Source: an uncultured Clostridia bacterium
Lineage (GTDB): Bacteria > Bacillota > Clostridia > Oscillospirales > SIG627
Assembly: GCA_946645685.1 (NCBI GenBank)
Contig: CAMPCJ010000001.1
Coordinates: 1,167-65,166, forward strand
Direction of reading: 5' to 3'
DNA: 64,000 bases
Made by a program: the position numbers and the translations under genes. The notes beneath the pieces are model-generated. The model saw only the letters and a list, made by a program, of their open reading frames with translations, searched no databases and had not been told where the DNA came from. This document shows positions 35,123 through 44,976 of this stretch, in pieces; position 1 is the first letter of the stretch, and each line of letters begins with the position of its first letter.

Positions 35123-35856
35123 AATTCCTCCAGTGTCCCGAAGCGGTAGCCCGCTTCCTTCATATCGGTGATGAATTGTCCCAGGATCGCCGCGTTGGTA
35201 GCGCTGGTGGGATGGAGCAATATCACGGCGCCGTTGTGGACGCGGCTCTCCAGTTTCTGAAGCGCCGCGTCGGGCGCGGGCTGTTTGTCGTTGTCCCAAT
35301 CCGCGTATGCCAGCGACCAGAATACCGTTTTGTACCCCGATTCGGCGACCGTCTGCAGAGAAGCGTCGTCATAAGCGCCCTCCGGCGGACGGAAGAAAGG
35401 AGCCATCGTCTCGCCGGTGAGCGTTTTGTATTCCTCCGCCACGCCGTTAAGCTCCAGCGCGATCTCGTCCTTGGTCAGCGTGTTGATCGGCGGGTGGGTG
35501 GAGGTGTGGTTGCAGATCAGATTCCCGTTTGCTTTTAACCGCAAGACAAGTTCCGGTTCCGCTTTCACAAAATGCTGCAAAACAAAGAAAGCGCCGGTGA
35601 CGTCGTTTTCCGCCAGCACGTCGGCGATCTTTGCCACGTTCCCGTTTTCATACCCCGCGTCAAAGGTCAGATACAGCACCTTTTCGTCCTTGCCGATCCC
35701 CTTTGCCACGGTTTCGTCAACAGGGGGAAGTCCGGGTCGTTCGTTTTGACCCTTGGATGAAAAATACCAGTTTTTCCGCTCCGCCGCCCGGGCTGTACCG
35801 GAGAACAGCAAAAGGGCGCAGAGGGAAATAGAAAGAAGTTTTTTGATTGTTTTCAT
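35110..35856 (-). CDS. pdaA: polysaccharide deacetylase, PdaA-like (delta-lactam-biosynthetic type)
   Basis: Signal peptide MKTIKKLLSISLCALLLFSGTARA. LYLTFDAGYENGN and CNHTSTH motifs characteristic of PdaA. The start is somewhat uncertain because the RBS is weak. Confidence 0.75.
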   Translation of the reverse strand: MKTIKKLLSISLCALLLFSGTARAAERKNWYFSSKGQNERPGLPPVDETVAKGIGKDEKVLYLTFDAGYENGNVAKIADVLAENDVTGAFFVLQHFVKAEPELVLRLKANGNLICNHTSTHPPINTLTKDEIALELNGVAEEYKTLTGETMAPFFRPPEGAYDDASLQTVAESGYKTVFWSLAYADWDNDKQPAPDAALQKLESRVHNGAVILLHPTSATNAAILGQFITDMKEAGYRFGTLEELWDA

Positions 35857-35907
35857 GATTTTTCCGATTGTTTCGCCTCCTTTCTCTGTTATTTTTGCGT
35901 TTCCGGG

Positions 35908-35949
35908 AAAAAATATGACCGGCAAGTTCTGTCTTGCCGGTCAAAAAAA
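35908..35949 (-). terminator. rho-independent terminator after the udg gene (palindromic, A/T-flanked)
   Basis: 10-bp stem gaccggcaag/cttgccggtc flanked by an A-run and a T-run. Confidence 0.75.
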
Positions 35950-35960
35950 TGAAAAACAAA

Positions 35961-36521
35961 TCAGAGGGCGAGCATGGCTTCCCGGATCTTTTTAAAGTCC
36001 AGAAGCATTTCCTCTTTTTTGCGTGGATCCCGGAGCAGCGCCGCCGGGTGGTACACAGCCATGATCTTCACGCCGCCGTTTTCAAACCATTGTCCGTGCT
36101 GTTTGGTAATGCGGAAATCGGGTGAAATAATGCGCATGGCGCTGATGCGGCCTAGGCACACGATGATTTTCGGTTGGAGGATCGCCAGCTGCTCCCTGAG
36201 ATAGGGGATGCACGCCTCTTCCTCTGCCGGCAGAGGATCCCGGTTGTGAGGCGGACGGCATTTTAAGATGTTGGCGATATAGTAGTCGTCTTCTCCGATC
36301 TCGGCATACGCCAGGTATCGATCCAGCAGTTTGCCCGCCGCCCCCACAAAGGGCAGACCGGTCTTATCCTCATTTTCCCCCGGGGCTTCTCCGATGAACA
36401 GCAGGGAAGCGTTTTCACTTCCTCTTCCGAAGACCACGTTGGTCCTGGTCTGACACAACGCGCACTTTTCGCACGCTGCGCACGTTTTTGCCAGCGCGTC
36501 AAGCGCTTGAGTTTTTTCCAT
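35961..36521 (-). CDS. uracil-DNA glycosylase, family 4
   Basis: Cys cluster [26 protein letters not shown]. Confidence 0.88.
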   Translation of the reverse strand: MEKTQALDALAKTCAACEKCALCQTRTNVVFGRGSENASLLFIGEAPGENEDKTGLPFVGAAGKLLDRYLAYAEIGEDDYYIANILKCRPPHNRDPLPAEEEACIPYLREQLAILQPKIIVCLGRISAMRIISPDFRITKQHGQWFENGGVKIMAVYHPAALLRDPRKKEEMLLDFKKIREAMLAL

Positions 36522-36530
36522 ACGCTCTCC

Positions 36531-36974
36531 TTAAATGATCCGTTTGCACCGCTCCTTCAGCATTCCGTCGCGAACGATACAGGGTGCGGCAAATTCAATC
36601 AGCACCGACCTTGCTTCCGCCGGAAAATGAGCCAGATAAAAGCCTTTTCCGTCCAGGCGGCGGTACAGGGCGGCGCCCATTTTTTTCACCAGTGGAAAGA
36701 CGGCGAGCATTTCATCCGTTCCGGATAAAAAGAATCCGTTTTTCTCCGGGGCGATCTGTATGACGACGCCGCTTTTACCCGGGAAAATCTCTGCAAACAG
36801 TTCTCCGTCAGGCAGCTCCCCCCGGTGTTGTATCTCCGTGATCAGGGCGGTAAGTTTCCTTTTCGTATCGGCGTCAAAGCGGATCAATCCGTCCCTGGAA
36901 ATACCCCGATCCATCAATTCCCGTTCTTTTAAGCGCAAGCGGATCTTCCCGTCGCGCCAACTGTATCGTTCCAT
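36531..36974 (-). CDS. mecA: MecA-like Clp adaptor protein (short form)
   Basis: N-terminal MERYSWRDGKIRLRLKERELMDRGI and C-terminal half ...ALYRRLDGKGFYLAHFP...VLIEFAAP...LKERCKRII follow the MecA/YpbH pattern. At 147 aa it is shorter than Bacillus MecA. Start ATG 36974 follows AGGGGA. Confidence 0.55.
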   Translation of the reverse strand: MERYSWRDGKIRLRLKERELMDRGISRDGLIRFDADTKRKLTALITEIQHRGELPDGELFAEIFPGKSGVVIQIAPEKNGFFLSGTDEMLAVFPLVKKMGAALYRRLDGKGFYLAHFPAEARSVLIEFAAPCIVRDGMLKERCKRII

Positions 36975-37135
36975 ACGCTTTCCCCTTTTTTCTCCATTAT
37001 AAGAAACAGAGCGGTGTTTTTCCATAGGGAAAGAGAGGGAGAGGGGGAAAGATCTGTCATCTATTACCTTATCACGGATGGATCGAAAACGCAAGGATAA
37101 TCTTGCCGTTTGCCCCGAAACTTTCCGCCAATCTC

Positions 37136-37164
37136 TTGCATTCTCCCGGGTGATGATATATAAT
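37136..37164 (+). promoter_or_regulatory. sigma-A promoter of the ABC / small-protein / ABC cassette
   Basis: TTGCAT (37136-37141), 17-nt spacer, TATAAT (37159-37164). Confidence 0.6.
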
Positions 37165-37186
37165 AATCAAGTAACATAAGAAACCG

Positions 37187-39496
37187 ATGGATCGTAATAT
37201 GAGAAAGATGCCTGAAGCCATCCGGGACAAGTTCCTGGAAAAGGGAATCAAAATCGAATCGGCGCTTGCCGTCTTCAAGACCGACAGTACGGAAGACCGG
37301 GTCCCGTGCGATGCCTATTCCGTGGTTACGGAAGAGGGGATCGCGACCCTCTTTTGCCTTGTGGCTTTGGAGAAGCGGCACGGCGCTTTTTTTGCGCGCC
37401 GCCGTCCCCCGAAACGGAAGATCGAGGTTCTGGATTTTTCCTTTACCTCCCTTGAAAAGGTGACGGAGATCCGCTGTGAAGAATTGATCTCCGGCGTTCG
37501 TCTGGTGGCAAGGGAAGAGAACAGAGATCTGCCGCTCCTCTATGCCACCAACCACTGTTCCAGGGCTTTGTTTGAGTTCTGCGAGTCCTTTGCCGAATAC
37601 CGTAAAACAGGTGTTTTCCCGACGCCAAAGGACGGCGGCAGAGGTAAGTGTCCCCGCTGCGGCAGACCCTATCCCGACCCGGACAGGGAAGTGTGCCCTC
37701 ATTGCAGCCGCAACATCAGCCTTTTGACGAAGCTGCTGCCCTTCATGAAACGGTATCGTGTGCAGATCTTTCTGGTGATGCTCACGGTGATCCTCACCGC
37801 CGGAATGGACGTTTTGGCGCCTTATCTTTCCGGCAAGGTTTTGTATGACGACGTTTTGACGCCGGGCGGAGGATGGTACGGAAGGATCCTGTTTTTGGTC
37901 CTGGTGGTGGCGGGAGCCAATTTGATGGCGGCGTTTTCGGATATGATCAACGCTCTGGTGGTTGCCAAAGTGTCCGCTTTTGTTTCCTACGATTTGAAGA
38001 AGACCATTTTTTCCGCCTTTGAACGGCTTTCCTACGGCTTTTTCACCTCCCGGCACACCGGCAAGCTTCTGACTCAGATCAATACCGACGCGGAAACGCT
38101 CTACACCTTTTTCTGCGACGGCTTGCCCTTCTTCCTCACCAACGCCCTTCAGCTGGCGGGCGTTTCCGTGGTGATGTTCATTACCCAGCCCGTTCTCACC
38201 CTGGTGGTCTTCGTGCCGCTTCCCGTGGTGTTTTTGGGATACCTTTTCGCCATGCGCCGCTTGAAGAAACTCCACGCGGAAAACTACAACATTCACTCCC
38301 GTTTCACGTCCATCGTTTCGGACGTTTTGGGCGGGATGCGCGTGGTCAAGGCGTTTTCCCGGGAAAAGGAAGAGGTGAAGCGCTTTGACGGCGCCGCCCG
38401 GGACATGTCCGCTTCCAACGTGCGCATCGCCAATTCGTCCCGCACGATCATGCCCGCCCTCAATCTCTGGGTGCGGCTCACCTCCTACGTTGTCTGGGGC
38501 GTGGGCGGCTATTTTGTGATCCGGGGCGCCGCGCAAGCCGGCACAGGGATCAGTTACGGTACCCTGATGCTCTTTATCTCCTATCTGTCTCTGATTTACG
38601 GCCCCATGAATTTCTTCGCGGATTTCTTCGCGGATCTGGCGTCCTCTCTCAACGCCCTGCAAAGACTGTTTGAGATCGTGGAGACAGAACCGGACGTCAA
38701 GGAAAAGGAAAACGCGGTGACGTTGGAAAAAGTTCGGGGGGAGTTGGTTTTTGACCACGTTTCTTTCTCCTATCTGCCCGGCAAAAAGACCATCAAGGAC
38801 GTTTCTTTTCGGGTCCCCGCGGGGGAAACGCTGGGGATCGTGGGTCATACCGGCGCGGGAAAGAGTACCCTGGCGAACCTTTTGACCAGGCTCTATGATG
38901 TGGAGTCCGGATCCATTTCCCTGGACGGGGTGGATCTGAGGGATCTGTCCTTCAAGACCCTGAGAAGCAGTGTTGCCATCGTGTCTCAGGAGACCTATCT
39001 TTTTCGGGGCAGTCTGATGGAGAATATCCGCTACGCCAAGCCGGAAGCCACGGAAGAGGAAGTCATCGCGGCGTCCCGGGCGGCGGGGTGCCACGATTTC
39101 ATTATGACGTTTCCCGATGGTTATGACACGATGGTGGGGTACGATAAGAAACTTCTTTCCGGCGGCGAGATGCAGCGGATCTCCATTGCCCGGGCGATCC
39201 TGAAGGATCCGCCCATCCTCATTCTGGATGAAGCCACCAGCGCCATGGATACCAAAACGGAGCGGCGGATCCAGGCGTCGCTGGCGGCGATCACCCGCGG
39301 TCGGACTACGATTTCCATCGCTCACCGTCTTTCCACCCTGCGGGACGCGGATCACCTTCTTGTAATGGAGGACGGTAAAGTGGTGGAGGAGGGGACCCAG
39401 GAAGAACTGCTGGAAAGGAAAGACGGCGTATACGCCACCCTGTACCGTCTTCAGCTGGAAGCGATGAAAAACATCGGGATCGAGGAGACCATATGA
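37187..39496 (+). CDS. ABC exporter half-transporter (TMD-NBD) with N-terminal cytoplasmic domain and zinc ribbon
   Basis: About 190 aa of N-terminal extension ending CPRCGRPYPDPDREVCPHC (37649-37705). Then six TM helices, Walker A GHTGAGKST, LSGGEMQR, ILILDEATSAMD, SIAHRLST. The exact start is ambiguous (ATG 37187, 37199 or 37208; none has a strong RBS). Confidence 0.88.
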   Translation: MDRNMRKMPEAIRDKFLEKGIKIESALAVFKTDSTEDRVPCDAYSVVTEEGIATLFCLVALEKRHGAFFARRRPPKRKIEVLDFSFTSLEKVTEIRCEELISGVRLVAREENRDLPLLYATNHCSRALFEFCESFAEYRKTGVFPTPKDGGRGKCPRCGRPYPDPDREVCPHCSRNISLLTKLLPFMKRYRVQIFLVMLTVILTAGMDVLAPYLSGKVLYDDVLTPGGGWYGRILFLVLVVAGANLMAAFSDMINALVVAKVSAFVSYDLKKTIFSAFERLSYGFFTSRHTGKLLTQINTDAETLYTFFCDGLPFFLTNALQLAGVSVVMFITQPVLTLVVFVPLPVVFLGYLFAMRRLKKLHAENYNIHSRFTSIVSDVLGGMRVVKAFSREKEEVKRFDGAARDMSASNVRIANSSRTIMPALNLWVRLTSYVVWGVGGYFVIRGAAQAGTGISYGTLMLFISYLSLIYGPMNFFADFFADLASSLNALQRLFEIVETEPDVKEKENAVTLEKVRGELVFDHVSFSYLPGKKTIKDVSFRVPAGETLGIVGHTGAGKSTLANLLTRLYDVESGSISLDGVDLRDLSFKTLRSSVAIVSQETYLFRGSLMENIRYAKPEATEEEVIAASRAAGCHDFIMTFPDGYDTMVGYDKKLLSGGEMQRISIARAILKDPPILILDEATSAMDTKTERRIQASLAAITRGRTTISIAHRLSTLRDADHLLVMEDGKVVEEGTQEELLERKDGVYATLYRLQLEAMKNIGIEETI

Positions 39497-40014
39497 ACAG
39501 TACCTTAAACGAGATGGATAAACACCCTCGGGAACGCCTTCTTACCGGAGAGAACTGCCGGTTTTACAAAACGCGGGAAGGTCTGCTCGCGGCGGCGCTT
39601 TCTGACGGATCTTACGAAGGCAGAGCTTTTCTCTCCCTGGCGTTTCCCTTTCAGCTCACGGAAGAATACATTGCGCTGCAGGACGAGGACAAAGAAGAGA
39701 TCGGAATGATCCGGCGCTTGTCCGACCTTGCGGAAGCGGATCGGGAATTGGTGCGGGAGGAACTGAAGATCAAGTATTTCACGCCCAAGATCCGAAAGAT
39801 CCTGTCCTTGACGGAGCGCTTCGGCACGACCCGCTGGACGGTGGAGACCGACAGGGGCAAGCAGTTTTTCGTGGTGAAGGATACCTATAAAAGCCTGATC
39901 CGGGTCAGTGCCGACCGTCTGTTCGTCTGCGATCTGGACGGATGCCGGTATGAGATAGAGAGCTTGAAAGCGCTGGATCGGAAAAGCTTTTCCAAAATAG
40001 AACTATACGTGTGA
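39493..40014 (+). CDS. small soluble ABC-associated protein (DUF1854-like)
   Basis: 173 aa with no TM helix. ATGA overlap with the upstream ABC gene, and the downstream ABC gene starts 11 nt after its stop. The family name is recalled from the ABC-flanked context and the FP...EIG.IRRL...YF.P.I motif pattern, not verified by HMM. Confidence 0.55.
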   Translation: MNSTLNEMDKHPRERLLTGENCRFYKTREGLLAAALSDGSYEGRAFLSLAFPFQLTEEYIALQDEDKEEIGMIRRLSDLAEADRELVREELKIKYFTPKIRKILSLTERFGTTRWTVETDRGKQFFVVKDTYKSLIRVSADRLFVCDLDGCRYEIESLKALDRKSFSKIELYV

Positions 40015-40024
40015 GGAGCCAGAC

Positions 40025-42253
40025 GTGAAGCCCGAACGGATCGATGTGAAAAAACTGAAAAGAGAAGGCGCTTTTGAAGAAAAAGCGGTCTTCTCCTTTG
40101 CCGTTCACATGGATCGGGACGGCGCCCTGGCGGACGGGGAGATCCTGTTTACCCCCACCCGTCTCATCCTGTGGATGGATGAGGACGATCAGCCGGATCT
40201 CATCGTTCCTCTTTCGCAGATCCGTTCCGCCGCTTACCGCCCCTACACCGGATCCTGCTGTGTGGAGATCGAGGGAGAGGACGGATGGCGCGTTTTCTGC
40301 CGTTCCACTGCCTCCGATAAGCAAAATCTGTCTCAGCTTGCCCGGATCCTGAAGGAAGTGGCGGACGGGGCGCTTGCCCCGGAACAAGCGAGCTTTACGG
40401 AGAAGCGTACGGTTTGTCCCACTTGTCTGAGACCGCTGCCGCCGGGCAGCGACGTTTGCCCCCGCTGTACCAATAAGAAAGGTACGCCCCGCCGTTTGTG
40501 GCAGCTGATGAAGCCCTCTTTGAAGTGGATCCTCCTTTCCATGGCCTTGTTCGGCGTCACCACCGCTCTGAATCTGGTTCTGCCCAGGATCCAGCAGATC
40601 CTGGTGGATCGCTTTATTAAGACGGAAGATCCGTCCGAAGCCCTGAAGCATATCTCCACCATGGTGACCATCATTCTGACTATGGTGGGCATCCGCGTTG
40701 CCGATACGCTTTTCACCTCCCTGCGCGGATTGGTACTGGTGCGGGTCGCCAATCGGGTCCTGGTGAAAATGCGGCAGATGATCTATCACCGGATCCATCA
40801 GCTTTCCGTGGCGGAGGTTTCCAGCCGTACCGCCGGGGAATTGATCAACCGCGTCTCCCGGGACACCTCCACCGTGGCGACCGCCCTTTCCCGGGAGTTT
40901 CCCCATTTGCTGGAGGAGATCCTCATCATCGGTACCATCAGCGTGATCCTCTTTGCGACCTCCTGGAAGCTTGCCCTGTTCATTTTGCTTCCCGTGCCCC
41001 TGGTGGTTCTGATGTTCCGGATCATCTGGCGGAAAACCCACCTGCTCTACCACCGTCAGTGGGTGGAGAACGCCAACGTGAATACCGTTCTCTACGACAT
41101 TTTCCAGGGTGTGCGCGTGGTGAAGGTTTACGGGACGGAAAAACGGGAAGTGGAGAAATTTGACGCCGCCGCCCGTATCACGCGGGATATCTCGTACCGC
41201 AACGAAAAGGCTTGGGCGAAAATGATGCCGTTTTCCGGTTTTGTTTTGAAGATCGGCAGTTTTATTCTTCTGTATTTCGTGGGCAATCAGATCCTGCAGG
41301 GCAATATGACGCTGGGTCAGTTGACCATGTTCACCTCCTACGTTTCTCTCATTTACGCGCCCGTCCGCTGGATCTCCCATTTTCCGCGGATCTTCCAGCG
41401 TTTCGTCACCGCTTCCTCCAAAGTTTTTGAGATCATTGACGAGGAGCCGGATGTGAAGGATAAGCCGGACGCGCTGTCCTTCCCGATGAAGGGGCAAGTG
41501 GACATCAAGCACGTTTATTTCGGCTACGATGAAAGCGAGAACGTTCTGGAAGACGTTTCCGTCTCCGTTTCTCCCGGCGAAATGCTGGGCATCGTGGGAC
41601 GTTCCGGCGTCGGGAAATCCACGCTGATGAACCTTGTTATGCGGTTGTACGACGTGGAGCGGGGAAGCATAGAGATCGACGGGGTGGACGTGCGGGACAT
41701 CAGTCAGCATTCTCTTCGCTCTCAGATCGGCGTTGTTTTGCAGGAGAGCTTCCTTTTTTCCGGCACCATCTTTGACAACATCGCCTACGCCAAGCCCGAC
41801 GCCACGCTGGACGAGGTGGTATCTGCCGCGCGGAAGGCGGCGGCGCATTCGTTTATTATGAAGTTGCCGGACGGTTATAACACCTACGTAGGGGAACGGG
41901 GATACACCCTCTCCGGGGGCGAGAGACAGCGGCTTGCCATTGCCCGGGCGATCCTGCACGATCCGCGCATTCTTCTGTTGGACGAAGCGACCAGTTCCCT
42001 GGATACCGAAACGGAACGGGAGGTGCAGGAGGCGCTGAAAAACCTGTGCCGAGATCGCACCACCATCGCCATCGCGCACCGGCTTTCCACCCTGCGCAAC
42101 GCTACCAAACTCCTGGTTTTGGACAAAAAACGGGTGGCGGAGATCGGCACGCACGAAGAGCTTATGGAAAAGGGTGGGATCTATCATTCCCTTGTCCTGG
42201 CTCAGCGGGATCTGGGGAGAGTGAAGAAAACGGATGAAGAGACGGACGAATAA
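40025..42253 (+). CDS. ABC exporter half-transporter (TMD-NBD) with N-terminal PH-like domain and zinc ribbon
   Basis: GTG start after GAGGAG. About 165 aa of N-terminal extension ending CPTCLRPLPPGSDVCPRC (40415-40468). Then six TM helices, Walker A GRSGVGKST, LSGGERQR, ILLLDEATSSLD, AIAHRLST. Confidence 0.88.
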   Translation: MKPERIDVKKLKREGAFEEKAVFSFAVHMDRDGALADGEILFTPTRLILWMDEDDQPDLIVPLSQIRSAAYRPYTGSCCVEIEGEDGWRVFCRSTASDKQNLSQLARILKEVADGALAPEQASFTEKRTVCPTCLRPLPPGSDVCPRCTNKKGTPRRLWQLMKPSLKWILLSMALFGVTTALNLVLPRIQQILVDRFIKTEDPSEALKHISTMVTIILTMVGIRVADTLFTSLRGLVLVRVANRVLVKMRQMIYHRIHQLSVAEVSSRTAGELINRVSRDTSTVATALSREFPHLLEEILIIGTISVILFATSWKLALFILLPVPLVVLMFRIIWRKTHLLYHRQWVENANVNTVLYDIFQGVRVVKVYGTEKREVEKFDAAARITRDISYRNEKAWAKMMPFSGFVLKIGSFILLYFVGNQILQGNMTLGQLTMFTSYVSLIYAPVRWISHFPRIFQRFVTASSKVFEIIDEEPDVKDKPDALSFPMKGQVDIKHVYFGYDESENVLEDVSVSVSPGEMLGIVGRSGVGKSTLMNLVMRLYDVERGSIEIDGVDVRDISQHSLRSQIGVVLQESFLFSGTIFDNIAYAKPDATLDEVVSAARKAAAHSFIMKLPDGYNTYVGERGYTLSGGERQRLAIARAILHDPRILLLDEATSSLDTETEREVQEALKNLCRDRTTIAIAHRLSTLRNATKLLVLDKKRVAEIGTHEELMEKGGIYHSLVLAQRDLGRVKKTDEETDE

Positions 42254-42257
42254 CAAA

Positions 42258-42286
42258 TTGACAAAGCTTTTCGCAGGGGATATAAT
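42258..42286 (+). promoter_or_regulatory. perfect-consensus sigma-A promoter of glyQS
   Basis: TTGACA (42258-42263), 17-nt spacer, TATAAT (42281-42286). Confidence 0.7.
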
Positions 42287-42340
42287 AATAACCATCATTT
42301 TATCGGCAATAAACGGGCGTTTGCCCCGAAAGGAACGACT

Positions 42341-43744
42341 ATGAAGAATACAGAAAAAACCATGGAAAAGATCGTCGCGCTGTGCAAGGGGAGAGGCTTT
42401 ATTTTCCCCGGTTCCGAGATCTACGGCGGTCTTGCCAATACCTGGGACTACGGCCCTCTGGGGGTGGAGCTGAAAAACAACGTCAAACGCGCCTGGTGGC
42501 AAAAGTTCGTACAGCAAAATCCCTACAACGTAGGGCTGGACGCCGCCATTCTGATGAATCCTCAAACCTGGGTGGCGAGCGGACACCTGGCGGGCTTTTC
42601 CGATCCTTTGATGGACTGTCGGGAATGCCACGAGCGCTTCCGCGCGGATAAACTCATTGAAGACTGGTGCGGGGAAAACGCCGTTTCGCTTCCCAAGCCC
42701 ATCGACGCGTTTACCCAGCAGGAGATGAAGGACTTCGTGGAAGAGAAAAACATTCCCTGTCCCACCTGCGGCAAGCATAACTTTACCGATATCCGTCAGT
42801 TCAATCTGATGTTCAAGACCTTCCAGGGCGTTACCGAAGACGCCAAGAACACCGTGTATCTCCGTCCGGAAACGGCGCAGGGCATTTTTACCAACTTCGT
42901 GAACGTGCAGCGCACCACCCGGAAAAAGATCCCCTTCGGCATCGGACAGATCGGTAAATCCTTCCGGAATGAGATCACGCCCGGCAACTTCATTTTCCGC
43001 GTGCGGGAATTTGAGCAGATGGAACTGGAATTCTTCTGCAAGCCCGGCACGGATCTGGAGTGGTTTGATTACTGGCGCACCTTCTGCCACAACTGGCTGC
43101 TTGCCATCGGCTTGAAGGATGAGAATCTGCGCCTGCGGGATCACGATCCGGAAGAGCTCGTCTTCTATTCCAAAGCCACAACGGACTTTGAATTCCTGTT
43201 CCCCTTCGGTTGGGGCGAGCTGTGGGGCGTGGCGGATCGCACCGATTACGACCTGACCCAGCATCAGAACACCTCCGGCAAGGATCTGACCTACTTCGAT
43301 CAGGAAACGAACGAGCATTATATCCCCTACGTTATCGAGCCCAGCCTCGGCGTGGAGCGCAGTGTGCTCGCGCTGATCTGCGACGCGTACGACGAGGAAG
43401 TGGTGGATGCGGAAAAGAATGACGTTCGCACCGTGATGCGCTTCCATCCCGCTCTGGCGCCGGTAAAAGCGGCGATCCTGCCTCTTTCCAAGAAGCTGGG
43501 GGATCAGGCGCAGAAGCTTTACGAAGAGTTGTCCGCGGCGTTTGTGACCGAATATGACGAAAGCGGCTCCATCGGCAAGCGCTACCGCCGCCAGGACGAG
43601 ATCGGCACGCCCTTCTGCGTGACCTACGATTTTGACACGGAGAACGACGGCTGCGTGACCGTCCGCGACCGCGACAGTATGACCCAGGAGCGCATTCCCC
43701 TCACGCAAGTAAAAGCGTACATTGAGGCCCGCATCAAACTGTAA
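42341..43744 (+). CDS. glyQS: glycine--tRNA ligase (dimeric GlyQS type)
   Basis: [59 protein letters not shown] (motif 2), and a C-terminal anticodon-binding domain. Confidence 0.95.
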   Translation: MKNTEKTMEKIVALCKGRGFIFPGSEIYGGLANTWDYGPLGVELKNNVKRAWWQKFVQQNPYNVGLDAAILMNPQTWVASGHLAGFSDPLMDCRECHERFRADKLIEDWCGENAVSLPKPIDAFTQQEMKDFVEEKNIPCPTCGKHNFTDIRQFNLMFKTFQGVTEDAKNTVYLRPETAQGIFTNFVNVQRTTRKKIPFGIGQIGKSFRNEITPGNFIFRVREFEQMELEFFCKPGTDLEWFDYWRTFCHNWLLAIGLKDENLRLRDHDPEELVFYSKATTDFEFLFPFGWGELWGVADRTDYDLTQHQNTSGKDLTYFDQETNEHYIPYVIEPSLGVERSVLALICDAYDEEVVDAEKNDVRTVMRFHPALAPVKAAILPLSKKLGDQAQKLYEELSAAFVTEYDESGSIGKRYRRQDEIGTPFCVTYDFDTENDGCVTVRDRDSMTQERIPLTQVKAYIEARIKL

Positions 43745-43755
43745 GGAGAGACAAG

Positions 43756-44895
43756 ATGAATCCCATCACCGAAAAACAAGAGAAGTTTATTCAGGAAAAC
43801 ATCGGCTTTTTTACGGAAAAGCTGCTGGAACTGGCGCAGATCCCCGCGCCCTCTAATCACGAGGAAAAGAGAGCCGCCTGGATCAAGGCGCTTCTGGAAT
43901 CCTTCGGCTGTGAAGGCGTCTATACAGATGAAGCTTTGAACGTCGTGTATCCTTACAACTGCGAGGGAGCGGATGAGATCTACGTGTTGTCCGCCCATAC
44001 CGACGTCGTGTTTCCCGATACCCAGCCCCTGCCCCTGGTGAAGGACGGCGACATCATCCGTTGCCCCGGCATCGGTGACGACACCGCCAACGCGATGGCG
44101 GTCATCACCATGGCAAAATATATGGCGGAGAATAAGCCTGCCGTCAAGCGCGGCATCATTTTTTCCCTGGTTTCCGGCGAAGAGGGATTGGGCAACCTGA
44201 AAGGGACCCGGAAGCTGATGGAGACCTGGGGTGAAAAGGTGAAAGGATTTGTAACGCTGGACACCGCTTACGGCGGGATGGTCAACGGCGCCGTCGGCTC
44301 TACCCGGTACGAGATCACCGTCACCGAGCAGGGCGGTCACTCCTTCGGGAATTTCGGCCGTCCCAACGCCATTGCGGAATTGGCGCAGATCATTACCGAA
44401 TTGTTCTTGATCCGGGTGCCGGTGAAGGAAGGGACGAAGACCACCTTTAACGTAGGCACCATCACCGGGGGCACGTCCGTGAACACCATTCCGCAAACCG
44501 CCACCTGCCTGTATGAGTACCGTTCCGATGATCTGGCTTGCCTCACCTATATGAAGAGCTGCTTTGAAGCGGTGATCGCCAAGGCCGCCGCCCTGTACGG
44601 CAAGGTGGACGTAAAGGTGGTGGGTGAACGCCCCTGTGCCAATGTCTGCGGCGAAAAGCAGGACGCGTGGATCAAGATGCTCCTGGATGCCCAGAACGTC
44701 TACGCCGACCGGGAGATCGTCCCCCGCCACTCCTCTACGGACTGCAATATCCCGCTGTCCCTGGGCATTCCCTCCGGCAGTGTGGGCACCTTTGTTTGCA
44801 GCGGCGCCCATACCCGTCAGGAGTGGCTGGATACGACCAGCATCCCCCGGGCGCTTCACACCGTTATGTGCCTTTTGAATTCCTGGCTTGCCTGA
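43756..44895 (+). CDS. M20-family metallopeptidase (PepT-like)
   Basis: LSAHTDVV, GIGDDTAN and SGEEGLGN metal-ligand motifs. AAGGAG RBS. Confidence 0.8.
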   Translation: MNPITEKQEKFIQENIGFFTEKLLELAQIPAPSNHEEKRAAWIKALLESFGCEGVYTDEALNVVYPYNCEGADEIYVLSAHTDVVFPDTQPLPLVKDGDIIRCPGIGDDTANAMAVITMAKYMAENKPAVKRGIIFSLVSGEEGLGNLKGTRKLMETWGEKVKGFVTLDTAYGGMVNGAVGSTRYEITVTEQGGHSFGNFGRPNAIAELAQIITELFLIRVPVKEGTKTTFNVGTITGGTSVNTIPQTATCLYEYRSDDLACLTYMKSCFEAVIAKAAALYGKVDVKVVGERPCANVCGEKQDAWIKMLLDAQNVYADREIVPRHSSTDCNIPLSLGIPSGSVGTFVCSGAHTRQEWLDTTSIPRALHTVMCLLNSWLA

Positions 44896-44976
44896 AGAGC
44901 GTTCGAAATTCCAACCGCTTCGGCATTGCCGGGTATTATGCGAAAAGAGTTCTTACAAATCAAGTGCGATCCCGAG

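Noticed and set aside
37107-42331. An identical 14-mer, cgtttgccccgaaa, on both flanks of the ABC cassette (37107-37120 and 42318-42331). It could be read as direct repeats bounding an inserted unit.
   Set aside because: Several exact 14-nt coincidences are expected by chance in 64 kb (about N^2/2/4^14, i.e. several, and more with GC bias). The identity does not extend further, and there is no integrase, transposase or tRNA nearby.
39905-43708. A 1267-aa ORF on the minus strand spanning the DUF1854-like gene, the second ABC gene and glyQS.
   Set aside because: It is antisense to three genes with unmistakable motifs. Its translation is low-complexity (Gly/Arg/His/Pro/Val-rich) with no recognisable motif, start context or RBS. 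In high-GC genomes the reverse complements of stop codons (TTA, CTA, TCA) are rare codons, so long stop-free antisense frames arise by chance.
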